DNA from: Microbacteriaceae bacterium | GTDB taxonomy: Bacteria > Actinomycetota > Actinomycetes > Actinomycetales > Microbacteriaceae | Assembly: GCA_025464895.1 (NCBI GenBank) | Contig: JAODMG010000102.1 | Span: 1 to 47,886, forward strand | DNA: 47,886 nucleotides | Direction of reading: 5' to 3' | Shown here: piece after piece, positions 35,227 through 46,899 of the stretch | How the letters are laid out: every line of letters begins with the position of its first letter | How positions within the stretch are numbered: position 1 is the stretch's first letter | Notes under the pieces: generated by a model | The model's database searches: none | Told to the model about the DNA's origin: nothing | The model's input: the letters and a program-made list of their open reading frames with translations, nothing else | Made by a program: the position numbers and the translations under genes

Positions 35227-36440
35227 ATGACCCAGCACAGCGTCGATGTCGCGGTGATCGGTGCCGGAATCGTCGGATTGGGGATCGCGTGGACCATGGC
35301 GGAATCCGGCCGCACTGTCGCGGTCATCGACCCGGCCCCTGCCACCGGCGCGACGTATGCCGCCGCGGGCATGCTCGCTCCGGTCAGCGAACTGCACTAC
35401 CAGGAGGAGGACCTGCTCGAGCTCATGCTGGCCTCAGCGCGGCTGTATCCCACGTTCATCGAGCCGCTTGGCGCCGCCGAGGCCGGATATCGGACGACCG
35501 CGACGATCACCGTGGGCTCGGACCCGGCCGACCGGGATTCGCTGGCCGACCTCCGCCAGGCGCAGTTGGCGCACGGGCTGTCGGTGGAACAACTGACGAT
35601 TCGCGAAGCTCGGTCCCGTGAGCCTTTCCTGAGCCCCCGACTGTCGAGCGCGTTCAGCATTGGCCAGGATCACCAGGTCGATCCGCGACGGTTAGCTGAC
35701 CGGCTACAGTCGGCGATCGCCGCAATGGCCGCCACGGAAAAATGGACTCACGACGCCTTCATCCAGCAGAACGCGGTCGCGCTGCTGCACGAGCGTCCGT
35801 CGGATGCCGGCTCTCGGGTTAACGGCGTCGCTCTGGCCGACGGCTCCACGATGCGGACGGGCGAGGTGATCGTCGCGAACGGTCTATCCGCCGGCCGGCT
35901 CGAGGGGCTGCCCGATTGGCTTGCTCTTCCGCTGCGGCCGGTGCACGGGGACATCATCCGGTTGCGAATTCCGGATCGCCTCCGACCATTCCTGACCTCC
36001 ACCATCCGTGGCCTCGTGCGGGGACTTCCCGTCTATCTCGTCCCACGCGCAGACGGGACGGTGGTACTCGGTGCCACCCAGCGAGAGGACGGGTCCGGCG
36101 GGGTGTCGGCGGGTGGTGTGCACCAACTGTTACGAGATGCCCAGGTGCTGGTACCCGCCGTCACCGAACTGGAACTTATCGAAGTCATCGCTCGCGCGCG
36201 CCCGGCGACCCCCGACAACGCGCCGCTTCTCGGACGGGTCACCCGTCGCGTCGACGCATTGGAAGACGATATTCCCGGCCTGATCGTCGCGACGGGGTTC
36301 TTCCGTCACGGCGTGCTTCTCACTCCGATCGCGGCGCAGCACTGCCTGCACCTGATCGATGGCACCGCGGATGACCGGTGGGCTCTCGCTCTCTTCCGCC
36401 CCGATCGATTCTCAAAACCCACCCCTTGGAGGTCCGAAAA

Positions 36441-36444
<4 letters not shown>
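35227..36444 (+). CDS. thiO: Glycine oxidase
   Basis: GAGIVG FAD motif, [28 protein letters not shown]; directly before thiS-thiG. Confidence 0.93.
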
Positions 36445-38673
<2,229 letters not shown>

Positions 38674-38690
38674 AGCGGGTCTTACCGCTG

Positions 38691-38773
38691 TGCCGGTGGT
38701 GGGACTCGAACCCACACGCCCTTTCGAGCAAAGCATTTTGAGTGCTCCGCGTCTGCCATTCCGCCACACCGGC
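38691..38773 (-). tRNA. tRNA-Leu(CAA)
   Basis: Minus strand GCCGGTGTGGCGGAATGGCAGACGCG-GAGCA-CT-CAA-AA-TGCTT, long variable arm, then GTGGGTTCGAGTCCCACCACCGGCA; 83 nt, CCA not encoded. Confidence 0.96.
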
Positions 38774-38812
38774 GCACAGTAACCGCTCAAAGAATACCGT
38801 AGGCTTTAGCCT

Positions 38813-39418
38813 GTGACTGACCAGGAAAACACCGCTCAAGTTCCGCGTCGAGTAGTTGTGGCGGAGGATGAGTCGCTGATTCGCCTGGATATCGTCGAAA
38901 CGCTCCGTGACAACGGCTTCGAGGTTGTCGGAGAGGCTGGCGACGGTGAGACCGCCGTTGCGCTGGCCACCGAGCTCCGCCCAGACCTGGTGATCATGGA
39001 TGTCAAGATGCCACTGCTTGACGGAATCTCCGCCGCTGAGCGCCTCACCAAGAACCACATCGCCCCCGTCGTGCTATTGACGGCGTTCAGCCAGAAAGAG
39101 CTGGTCGAGCGTGCGACCGAGGCCGGAGCCCTCGCCTATGTCGTGAAGCCGTTCACGCCGAACGACCTCCTGCCGGCGATCGAGATCGCTCTCGCCCGTT
39201 ACGCCCAGATCATCACCCTGGAGGCCGAGGTCACCGACCTAGTCGAGCGGTTCGAGACCCGCAAGCTGGTCGACCGCGCGAAGGGCCTGCTCAACGAGAA
39301 GATGGGGCTCACCGAGCCTGAGGCGTTCCGCTGGATCCAGAAGGCATCCATGGATCGCCGCCTCACCATGCACGATGTGGCCCAGGCCATCATCGAGCAG
39401 CTCAGCGCCAAGAAGTAG
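38813..39418 (+). CDS. ANTAR-domain response regulator (PdtaR-like)
   Basis: Receiver VVAEDESLIR, MDVKMP, YVVKPF; ANTAR RKLVDRAKGLL...EAFRWIQKASMD; beside tRNA-Leu and near polA. Confidence 0.93.
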   Translation: MTDQENTAQVPRRVVVAEDESLIRLDIVETLRDNGFEVVGEAGDGETAVALATELRPDLVIMDVKMPLLDGISAAERLTKNHIAPVVLLTAFSQKELVERATEAGALAYVVKPFTPNDLLPAIEIALARYAQIITLEAEVTDLVERFETRKLVDRAKGLLNEKMGLTEPEAFRWIQKASMDRRLTMHDVAQAIIEQLSAKK

Positions 39419-39438
39419 CTGCCTCCGAACTAGGACCG

Positions 39439-39864
39439 CTACAGGTCTTTCAGGAAGTTCGTGATGCGCACCGTCGACAGGCGTCGACCCTGGTCATCCC
39501 GGATCACGATCTCGTGCGTCGTCAGCGTCCGGCCGAGGTTGAGCGCCGTGCAGGTCGCCGTAACCGACCCTTCTGAGACCGAACGGCTGTGCGTCGCGTT
39601 GACCTCGATACCGACCGCGATCCGATCCGGTCCGGCGTGAATCGCCGACGAGATCGAGCCGAGCGACTCGCCGAGAACAACGTGGGCACCCCCGTGAAGG
39701 ATGCCGACGACCTGCGTGTTTCCTTCGACCGGCATCGTCGCGACGGAGTGCTCCGCGGAGAGTTCCAGGAACTCGATGCCCATCTTCACGGCGAGTGCGC
39801 CACCGCCTGATGTGACCAGGCGGTCAACGAGTCGGCGATCGAGATGATCAGGGAAAGTCGTCAT
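39439..39864 (-). CDS. PaaI/hotdog-fold thioesterase
   Basis: MPVEGNTQ..GILHGGA..VLGE, GIEVNATH; start moved to ATG 39864 (AAGGA upstream). Confidence 0.9.
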   Translation of the reverse strand: MTTFPDHLDRRLVDRLVTSGGGALAVKMGIEFLELSAEHSVATMPVEGNTQVVGILHGGAHVVLGESLGSISSAIHAGPDRIAVGIEVNATHSRSVSEGSVTATCTALNLGRTLTTHEIVIRDDQGRRLSTVRITNFLKDL

Positions 39865-39921
39865 GTGATTCCTTATTGCGGGGGAGTCCGGGGTGTCGGC
39901 AGCCGCGGCTAGGCTGGCTGC

Positions 39922-42636
39922 GTGTCGGACAACGAAAAGCCTACCCTTCTCATAATCGACGGCCATTCGCTTGCGTTTCGCGCCTTCTACGCCCTCCCGG
40001 TCGACAGTTTCCAGAACCGCGAGGGTCAGCACACCAACGCGATCCACGGCTTCATCGCCATGCTCATCCTCCTGCTCCAGAAAGAGAAGCCAACGCACCT
40101 TGCGGTGGCCTTCGACATTTCCCGGTTCTCATTTCGCACCCGCGAGTACGCCGAGTACAAGGGAACCCGCGGCGAGACTCCTCCGGAATTCGTCGGCCAG
40201 GTCCCCCTCCTCGAGGAGGCGCTGAAGGCGATGAACATCGTCACGGTGACAAAGGAGGACTACGAAGCAGACGACATTCTCGCCACCCTGGCGACCCAGG
40301 GCGCTGCGCAGGGATACCAGGTGCTGGTCGTCTCTGGTGACCGCGACGCCATCCAGATGGTCAACGACGACGTGACACTGCTCTACCCGAACGCTCGGGG
40401 AGTCACCGAGCTGAAGCGATACGACCGGGACGCCGTGTTCGAGCGCTACGGCATCGAACCGCACCAGTATCCGGATGTCGCGGCTCTCGTCGGGGAGACC
40501 AGCGACAACCTCATCGGCATCGACAAAGTCGGTGAGAAGACCGCGGTCAAGTGGATCAACCAGTACGGCAGCCTCGACGAGATCCTGGCCCATGCGGACG
40601 AGATCAAGGGTGTCGTCGGCGAGAAGCTGCGCGAGCAGAAAGACAACGCGATTCGCAACCGCAAGCTCAACCACCTGCTCACCGACATTTCCCTCCCGGT
40701 CGGCCCGGCCGACCTGGAGCGACGGCCGATCAACGAGGCTGCGGTTCGGGACGTGTTCGACAAACTGCAGTTCCGCACTCTGCTCGACCGGGTCCTGAAG
40801 ATCGCCGCGGCCGCCGGCGACGAGGTCTCCACTGCCATCTCCGAGATCGACCCGTCAGCCCCGGGTCCCGCCGGCGAAGGCTCTGCCAGCTCTGCCAGCG
40901 AGATACCCGGCGTCCGCACCCTCGTCGACGAGGAACTGGGCCACTGGATCGACCAGGAATCCGACAGCGGAGTCACCCCGCTCGGCCTGCAGCTCGACTT
41001 CGGCCCGGATGGCATCGTCGGTTTCGGACTCGCATCCGACAAGGACTCCGCCTATGTTCCGTGGGCACCGGGCCGCCCCGACTATGCGGCGCTCGAAGTC
41101 TGGCTGGCAAGCGACGCGCCGAAGTATCTCTTCGACTCGAAGCTGCAGCTCAAGGCGCTCCGCCGGGCAGGGCTCGAGCTGAACGGGATCGCCTTCGATG
41201 TGACCCTGGCGGCATGGTTGATCAAGCCGGGAGCCCACGCGCAGGATCTCGCGACCCAGGTGTACGAACTGCTGGGAGCCCGCCTCCCGCAGGCCGACCC
41301 GAACCAGCTGGTGCCTGACGTCGAAGCGGTGAGCGTCGCGACCGAGGCCTGGTACGTGCTCCAGCTCGCCGACTACCTGGCCGAGCGGCTCGATGTCGGA
41401 TCGCGAGCGGTCCTCGACGAGATCGAGCTGCCGCTACTGCCGGTCCTCGCGACCATGGAGCTCACCGGCATCACCGTCAGCGCCGAGATTCTCGGTCGCC
41501 TGTCCAAGGACCTGGGAGACTCGGCGGCGGACCTGGCCGCGAGGGCATACGCCGAACTCGGTCGTGAGGTCAATCTCGGTTCTCCGAAGCAGCTCCAACA
41601 GGTGCTGTTCGAGGATCTCGGCATGCCGAAGACCCGGGCGAACAAGACCGGTTTTTCGACCGATGCCGCGTCGCTCGCCGACCTGCAGGAGCAGAATCCG
41701 CATCCGTTCCTCGACCTGCTGCTGCAGCATAGGGATGCGACCAAGCTGAAGCAGATCGTCGAAACACTCGACAAGGCGATCGAGCCGGACCACCGCGTTC
41801 ACACCCGCTACGACCAGACCGGCACCAGCACCGGCCGGATCTCCTCGACCGACCCGAACCTGCAGAACATCCCGATCAAGACCGAGGTCGGGCGGGAGAT
41901 CCGATCCGCATTCGAGAGCGGGCCGGAGTTCACGACCCTGCTCACCGCCGACTATTCGCAGATCGAGATGCGCATCATGGCGCATCTCTCCGGGGACCCC
42001 GGGCTGATCGAGGCCTTCAATTCCGGCGAGGACCTGCACCGCTTCGTCGGCTCCCGCATCTTCGGTGTCGATCCGCAGGATGTGACGCCGACCATGCGCG
42101 GCAAGGTCAAGGCGATGTCGTACGGGCTCGCCTACGGACTGAGCGCGTTCGGTCTGTCCAAGCAGTTGCGCATCGACACCTCCGAGGCGAAGCAGCTGAT
42201 GGCCGACTACTTCGAGCGCTTCGGCGCCGTGCGCGACTACCTGAGGAGTGTCGTCGAGCAGGCCAGGGAAGACGGCTACACCGAGACCATCTTCGGACGC
42301 CGCCGGCCATTCGGTGACCTGAAGTCCTCCAACCGGGTGCTGCGCGACAACGCAGAGCGCGCGGCCCTCAACGCACCGATCCAGGGTTCGGCAGCAGACA
42401 TCCTCAAGATCGCGATGCTCGGGGTTGCCGCAGACCTGCGCGAGCAGCAATTGGCATCGCGGATGCTCCTCCAGGTGCACGATGAGTTGGTCTTCGAGGT
42501 CGCAGAGGGCGAACTGGACACCGTCAGCGAGATCGTCACCCGCCGGATGAGCACCGCGGCCGACAGCAAGGGCCTAAGGGTGCCGCTCGACGTCCAGGTC
42601 GGCACGGGAAAGAACTGGGATGCCGCGGCTCACTGA
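39922..42636 (+). CDS. polA: DNA polymerase I
   Basis: IDGHSLAFRAF, YEADD, GRISSTDPNLQNIP, ADYSQIEMR, K.MSYGLAYG, NAPIQGSAAD, LQVHDELV. Confidence 0.98.
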   Translation: MSDNEKPTLLIIDGHSLAFRAFYALPVDSFQNREGQHTNAIHGFIAMLILLLQKEKPTHLAVAFDISRFSFRTREYAEYKGTRGETPPEFVGQVPLLEEALKAMNIVTVTKEDYEADDILATLATQGAAQGYQVLVVSGDRDAIQMVNDDVTLLYPNARGVTELKRYDRDAVFERYGIEPHQYPDVAALVGETSDNLIGIDKVGEKTAVKWINQYGSLDEILAHADEIKGVVGEKLREQKDNAIRNRKLNHLLTDISLPVGPADLERRPINEAAVRDVFDKLQFRTLLDRVLKIAAAAGDEVSTAISEIDPSAPGPAGEGSASSASEIPGVRTLVDEELGHWIDQESDSGVTPLGLQLDFGPDGIVGFGLASDKDSAYVPWAPGRPDYAALEVWLASDAPKYLFDSKLQLKALRRAGLELNGIAFDVTLAAWLIKPGAHAQDLATQVYELLGARLPQADPNQLVPDVEAVSVATEAWYVLQLADYLAERLDVGSRAVLDEIELPLLPVLATMELTGITVSAEILGRLSKDLGDSAADLAARAYAELGREVNLGSPKQLQQVLFEDLGMPKTRANKTGFSTDAASLADLQEQNPHPFLDLLLQHRDATKLKQIVETLDKAIEPDHRVHTRYDQTGTSTGRISSTDPNLQNIPIKTEVGREIRSAFESGPEFTTLLTADYSQIEMRIMAHLSGDPGLIEAFNSGEDLHRFVGSRIFGVDPQDVTPTMRGKVKAMSYGLAYGLSAFGLSKQLRIDTSEAKQLMADYFERFGAVRDYLRSVVEQAREDGYTETIFGRRRPFGDLKSSNRVLRDNAERAALNAPIQGSAADILKIAMLGVAADLREQQLASRMLLQVHDELVFEVAEGELDTVSEIVTRRMSTAADSKGLRVPLDVQVGTGKNWDAAAH

Positions 42637-43124
42637 TGGTGCGACGGCACCCGGCACGGACATCCATGACCGACGCTGACTCGACTCCGCTCGCCGCACT
42701 GCTCGACGAGCGATCGATCCGACTGGATGCGACGGCTCGCGACCGCGATGACGCGGTCGCCCAGGTGGGCCAGGCTCTACTCGATGCCGGGGCGATCGAC
42801 CCCGACTACATCGCGTCGATGCTGCAGCGGGAACGCACCGTGTCCACCTACCTCGGTGAGGGCGTCGCCATCCCGCACGGGATGCTCGCCGGAAGCCGTT
42901 CGGTGAAACACGACGCCATCGCTGTCCTCCGATTCCCGAACGCGGTCGACTGGGGCGACGAGCGGGTTCTGGTCTGCATCGGGATCGCGGCGACGGGCAA
43001 CGGGCACATCGCGCTCCTCGCCCGCCTCGCCACGATGCTGCTCGACCCGGCCGTGGCGGAGCGGCTGCGTGCGGTCGAATCCGCCAAAGAGGTTTACGCT
43101 CTGCTTGGCACCGCCACTGGCTAG
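42636..43124 (+). CDS. PTS IIA component, fructose/mannitol family
   Basis: YIASMLQRE..STYLGEGVAIPHG with phosphoacceptor His; alternative start at 42666. Confidence 0.88.
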   Translation: MVRRHPARTSMTDADSTPLAALLDERSIRLDATARDRDDAVAQVGQALLDAGAIDPDYIASMLQRERTVSTYLGEGVAIPHGMLAGSRSVKHDAIAVLRFPNAVDWGDERVLVCIGIAATGNGHIALLARLATMLLDPAVAERLRAVESAKEVYALLGTATG

Positions 43125-43147
43125 TCGATCATCCGGGCGAGTTGGTT

Positions 43148-43188
43148 CATTCACCAGTCCGACCATTCACCAGTCCGACCATTCACCA
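43148..43188 (+). repeat. Tandem repeat CATTCACCAGTCCGAC x2.5
   Basis: Exact copies at 43148-43163 and 43164-43179, partial copy at 43180-43188. Confidence 0.9.
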
Positions 43189-43202
43189 TCGCGAGGAGCA
43201 CA

Positions 43203-43472
43203 ATGCCAGAGAGAAAAGTCGTCGTCGCCTCGAGCGTCGGGCTGCACGCGCGGCCGGCCGCACTGTTCAGCCAGGCCGCCGCCCAGCTGGGGCATCCGGT
43301 CACCCTCGAGAAGTCCGATGGAAAGCGGGTCAACGCCGCCAGCATCCTCGGCGTGCTCTCGCTCGGTATTGCACACGGCGAGGAGGTCGTCCTGCGTGCG
43401 GACGGGGACGGAGCGGATGCCGCGCTCGATTCGCTCGCCGCACTGCTGGAGTCCGACCTCGACCAGGCCTGA
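43203..43472 (+). CDS. HPr family phosphocarrier
   Basis: GLHARPA (His15) and NAASILGVLSL (Ser46 region); GAGGAG upstream. Confidence 0.93.
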   Translation: MPERKVVVASSVGLHARPAALFSQAAAQLGHPVTLEKSDGKRVNAASILGVLSLGIAHGEEVVLRADGDGADAALDSLAALLESDLDQA

Positions 43473-43572
43473 CCTCAGTCCCGACTCCGGGCCAGACTCC
43501 AGCCCCGGACCTCGGCCACGACAGGCCGCCACTAACCTTTCGGCGTGCGGCCCTGCCGCGTAGGCTCGGCCC

Positions 43573-45258
43573 ATGACAGATGACAACGGGGCCAACAAGG
43601 CTCGACCTGCGACCGCCATCGACGCAATCGCCGAGGACTGGGTTGACATAGAACTCGAGCTGTTCCCGGAGTACCACGTGTACCTCGGCCGCCCGGGACG
43701 TGAGGGCGAGTACGCCGACTATTCCCCGGCCGGTGCGGAGCGGGTCGCTGCCGAGGCGGCGAAGGTCCTCGCGCGCATCCAGGCTGCCACCCCCGTCGAC
43801 GACGTCGATCGAGTGACGAAAATGGATCTGGCCCGTGAGCTGCAGCTTTCGATCGACAAGCACAACGCCGGTTTCGACCAGCGCGACCTGAACGTGATCG
43901 CGTCACCGGCCCAGGGTCTTCGCGACCTGTTCGACCTGGTACCGACCTCGACGGAGCAGAACTGGCGTCACGTCGCGACCCGGCTTCACAACCTTCCCGC
44001 CGCAATGGACGGATACATCGAGAGCCTGCGTTCCGGCATCCAGAATTCCAACGTCCCCGCCGTCCGGCAGGTCGCCGAGATCATCAAGCAGGCCGAGAAG
44101 CAGGTGGCGAAGAACGGATTCTTCTTCCAGCTGGCCGAGAATGCCAAGACGGACGACGGCGAATTGCCGGACTCCCTGAAGCGAGACCTCGAGTCCGGCG
44201 CTGAAGCCGCTTCTGCCGCCTACGGCGTACTCGCCGAGTTCCTCGGAACCGAGCTGGCCCAACACGCTCCGTCGAGAGATGCCGTCGGTCGCGAGCTGTA
44301 CCAGCTCGCCTCCCGCGACTTCCTCGGTGCGACCGTCGACCTCGACGAAACCTACGAGTGGGGCATCGAGGAGCTCGCTCGAATGACCGAAGAACAGGAG
44401 TCGATCGCCAAGGAGATCAAGCCGGGCGCATCGGTCTTGGAAGCGATTGCATTTCTCGACGGCGACCAGAGCCGCAAGCTGCACGGCACGGACGCGTTGA
44501 AGAGGTGGATGCAGGAGACCAGCGATCGCGCGGTCGGCGAACTCTCCAAGCACCACTTCGACATCCCGGACGAGGTCAAGCGACTCGAGTGCATGATCGC
44601 CCCGACCCAGGAGGGCGGCATCTACTACACCCCGCCGACCGACGACTTCTCGCGTCCCGGCCAGATGTGGTGGAGCGTACCGGAGGGCGACACCGAGTTC
44701 GACACCTGGCGAGAGCTCACGACCGTGTACCACGAGGGCGTCCCCGGTCACCACCTGCAGATCGGCCAGGCCATCTACAACAAAGCGATGCTGAACACCT
44801 GGCGCCGAAACGCCGGCACCTCCGGCCACGCCGAGGGCTGGGCGCTCTACGCCGAGCGGTTGATGGAGCAGCTCGGCTACCTCGACGATCCGGCCGACCG
44901 CCTGGGCATGCTCGACGGGCAGCGGATGCGGGCGGCCCGCGTCGTCCTCGACATCGGCGTCCATCTCGAGAAGTCGCTTCCCGATGGGTCAGGCCTGTGG
45001 ACGGGGGAGTACGCCTTCGGATTCCTCGGCAGAAACGTGAACATGAGCGAGCAGTTCGTGCGCTTCGAGGTCAACCGCTACCTGGGCTGGCCCGGCCAGG
45101 CACCGTCGTACAAGGTCGGACAGCGGATCTGGGAGCAGCTTCGCGACGAATACCAGCGTCGTGAGGGGGCGGCCTTCGACATCCGGGCATTCCACAAGAA
45201 GGCCCTGGACATCGGCGGGGTAGGCCTCGACACCCTTAAGTCGGCGTTACTCGACTAG
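43573..45258 (+). CDS. DUF885 family protein (metallopeptidase-like)
   Basis: YHEGVPGHHLQ, EGWALYAE, EVNRYLGWPGQAPSYKVG. Confidence 0.9.
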   Translation: MTDDNGANKARPATAIDAIAEDWVDIELELFPEYHVYLGRPGREGEYADYSPAGAERVAAEAAKVLARIQAATPVDDVDRVTKMDLARELQLSIDKHNAGFDQRDLNVIASPAQGLRDLFDLVPTSTEQNWRHVATRLHNLPAAMDGYIESLRSGIQNSNVPAVRQVAEIIKQAEKQVAKNGFFFQLAENAKTDDGELPDSLKRDLESGAEAASAAYGVLAEFLGTELAQHAPSRDAVGRELYQLASRDFLGATVDLDETYEWGIEELARMTEEQESIAKEIKPGASVLEAIAFLDGDQSRKLHGTDALKRWMQETSDRAVGELSKHHFDIPDEVKRLECMIAPTQEGGIYYTPPTDDFSRPGQMWWSVPEGDTEFDTWRELTTVYHEGVPGHHLQIGQAIYNKAMLNTWRRNAGTSGHAEGWALYAERLMEQLGYLDDPADRLGMLDGQRMRAARVVLDIGVHLEKSLPDGSGLWTGEYAFGFLGRNVNMSEQFVRFEVNRYLGWPGQAPSYKVGQRIWEQLRDEYQRREGAAFDIRAFHKKALDIGGVGLDTLKSALLD

Positions 45259-45271
45259 CCGACGGCATCCG

Positions 45272-45916
45272 GTGTCCAATGCCGCGGTGGCCAGGTCTCC
45301 CTACGAAATCGTCCTCGGCGACGGGGTAAACGAACTCCATCCACGCCTGCTGGACTACTTCCGCGCCATCCCGGTCGGCAGTCACGGCTACGGAACCGGC
45401 AGGTTCGACCTGGTCGGAACGCCGAGGCGCTGGCTGTGGCCGATGCTCTGGCTTCTCGGCCGTCTCGGAATCGCCTTTCCGGTCTGGGAGCGGAACGTGC
45501 CGTTCACCGTCGTCAACCGACCGCGCCTGGATGAACTCGGACGGGCCTCGATCCAGGCGTCGCGGCGCTTCGAGTTCGCTTCCGGCACCCGAACAATGAT
45601 CGACGCCATCACGGCGGGGGAGGGTGGACTGATGGACTATCTCGGCGATCGGCGCAGCGTCACCGCGATGCTGGTCGCCGAGGTATCCGCAGGCGAGCTG
45701 CATCTGCGCTCGACCGGGGTGACGGTAGTGCTCGGCCGGTTGAGACTGCGGTTGCCAGCCGGAATCGCTCCGAGGGTCGAGCTGGTCGAGCGCTTCGACG
45801 AAGCGGCAGGATGCCAAAGGGTCAGCCTGACCCTGGCGGCACCAATCCTTGGACGGATCTACGAGTACGCCGGATCCTTCAGGTACAACATCAAGCAAGG
45901 GGAGGCCACCGGATGA
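45272..45916 (+). CDS. DUF4166-like protein
   Basis: LHPRL..YF, RRFEF, DYLG, ERFDE and GRIYEYAGSF pattern; coupled to the epimerase gene. Confidence 0.72.
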   Translation: MSNAAVARSPYEIVLGDGVNELHPRLLDYFRAIPVGSHGYGTGRFDLVGTPRRWLWPMLWLLGRLGIAFPVWERNVPFTVVNRPRLDELGRASIQASRRFEFASGTRTMIDAITAGEGGLMDYLGDRRSVTAMLVAEVSAGELHLRSTGVTVVLGRLRLRLPAGIAPRVELVERFDEAAGCQRVSLTLAAPILGRIYEYAGSFRYNIKQGEATG

Positions 45917-46899
45917 CCGGACGCGTCGTCATCGCGGGCGCGTCGGGTTTCATCGGACGATTCCTCGCGGCAGCGTTCATCATCGATGGTGCGACGGTGA
46001 GCTTCATCGGCCGAAGCGGTGCGGATGCCCGTTGGGGCGACACCGCGCGGATCGCCGCCATCCTCGACGGCGCCGACCTGCTGGTCAACCTGGCGGGCAA
46101 GAGCGTGAATTGCCGCTATAACGAGGCGAATCGCGCCGAAATCCTGCGCTCCAGGGTCGAGACCACCCGCGAGCTCGGCGAGGCGATCCGCTCCTGTGAG
46201 CGTCCCCCGGCGCTCTGGGTCAATTCGTCGACGGCGACGATCTACCGCCACGCGGAGGATCGCCCGATGACCGAGGCAGACGGCGAGATCGGCGCAGGAT
46301 TCTCGGTCGATGTCGCGACGGCGTGGGAACGCGAGTTCTTCGCCGGCGAACTTCCCGGCACCCGCCGGGTCGCCATGAGGATGGCGATCGTGCTCGGAAA
46401 CGGCGGCGCGCTCATCCCGATGCTGCGTCTCGCGCGCTTCGGGCTGGGAGGCCCGCAACTCGACGGCCATTGGTTTGCGACGGCCGCCCGCCGTGCCGCG
46501 GGAACCTTCCACGAGTTCCGCGCGAGGGGTGGGCGCCAGCGATTCAGCTGGATTCACATCGCGGATGTTCTCGGCATCATCCAATTCCTGCGCGGGCGTG
46601 CCGACATCTCCGGAATCGTCAACGCCTCGTCCCCGAACCCCTCGGACAACAGGACCGTCATGCGCACACTGCGAACGGTGCTCGGTGCGCCGATCGGTCT
46701 GCCCGCCCCGCGCTGGATGCTCGAGCTCGGCTCGATTGCCATCAGAACCGAAACCGAGTTGGTGCTGAAGAGCCGTTGGGTCATTCCCGAGCGACTGGAG
46801 CAACTGGGCTACTCCTTCGAACATCCGGAACTTGCGTCCGCGATCCGGGATATCGTCCGTTCTGTCGACAGTGCCGGCAAAGAAGGGCTTCGATCATGA
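45913..46899 (+). CDS. NAD-dependent epimerase family protein (TIGR01777/YfcH-like)
   Basis: IAGASGFIG, VNLAGKSV, SRVETT, GRQRFSWIHIAD, LVLKSRWVIPERL; ATG 45913 preceded by GGAGG. Confidence 0.88.
   Translation: MTGRVVIAGASGFIGRFLAAAFIIDGATVSFIGRSGADARWGDTARIAAILDGADLLVNLAGKSVNCRYNEANRAEILRSRVETTRELGEAIRSCERPPALWVNSSTATIYRHAEDRPMTEADGEIGAGFSVDVATAWEREFFAGELPGTRRVAMRMAIVLGNGGALIPMLRLARFGLGGPQLDGHWFATAARRAAGTFHEFRARGGRQRFSWIHIADVLGIIQFLRGRADISGIVNASSPNPSDNRTVMRTLRTVLGAPIGLPAPRWMLELGSIAIRTETELVLKSRWVIPERLEQLGYSFEHPELASAIRDIVRSVDSAGKEGLRS

Noticed and set aside
40880-40899. 9-bp tandem duplication GCTCTGCCA in polA
   Set aside because: In frame, within the low-complexity interdomain linker; no functional implication
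43148-43188. Repeat considered as a CRISPR array
   Set aside because: 16-bp units are contiguous with no spacers, and there are no cas genes
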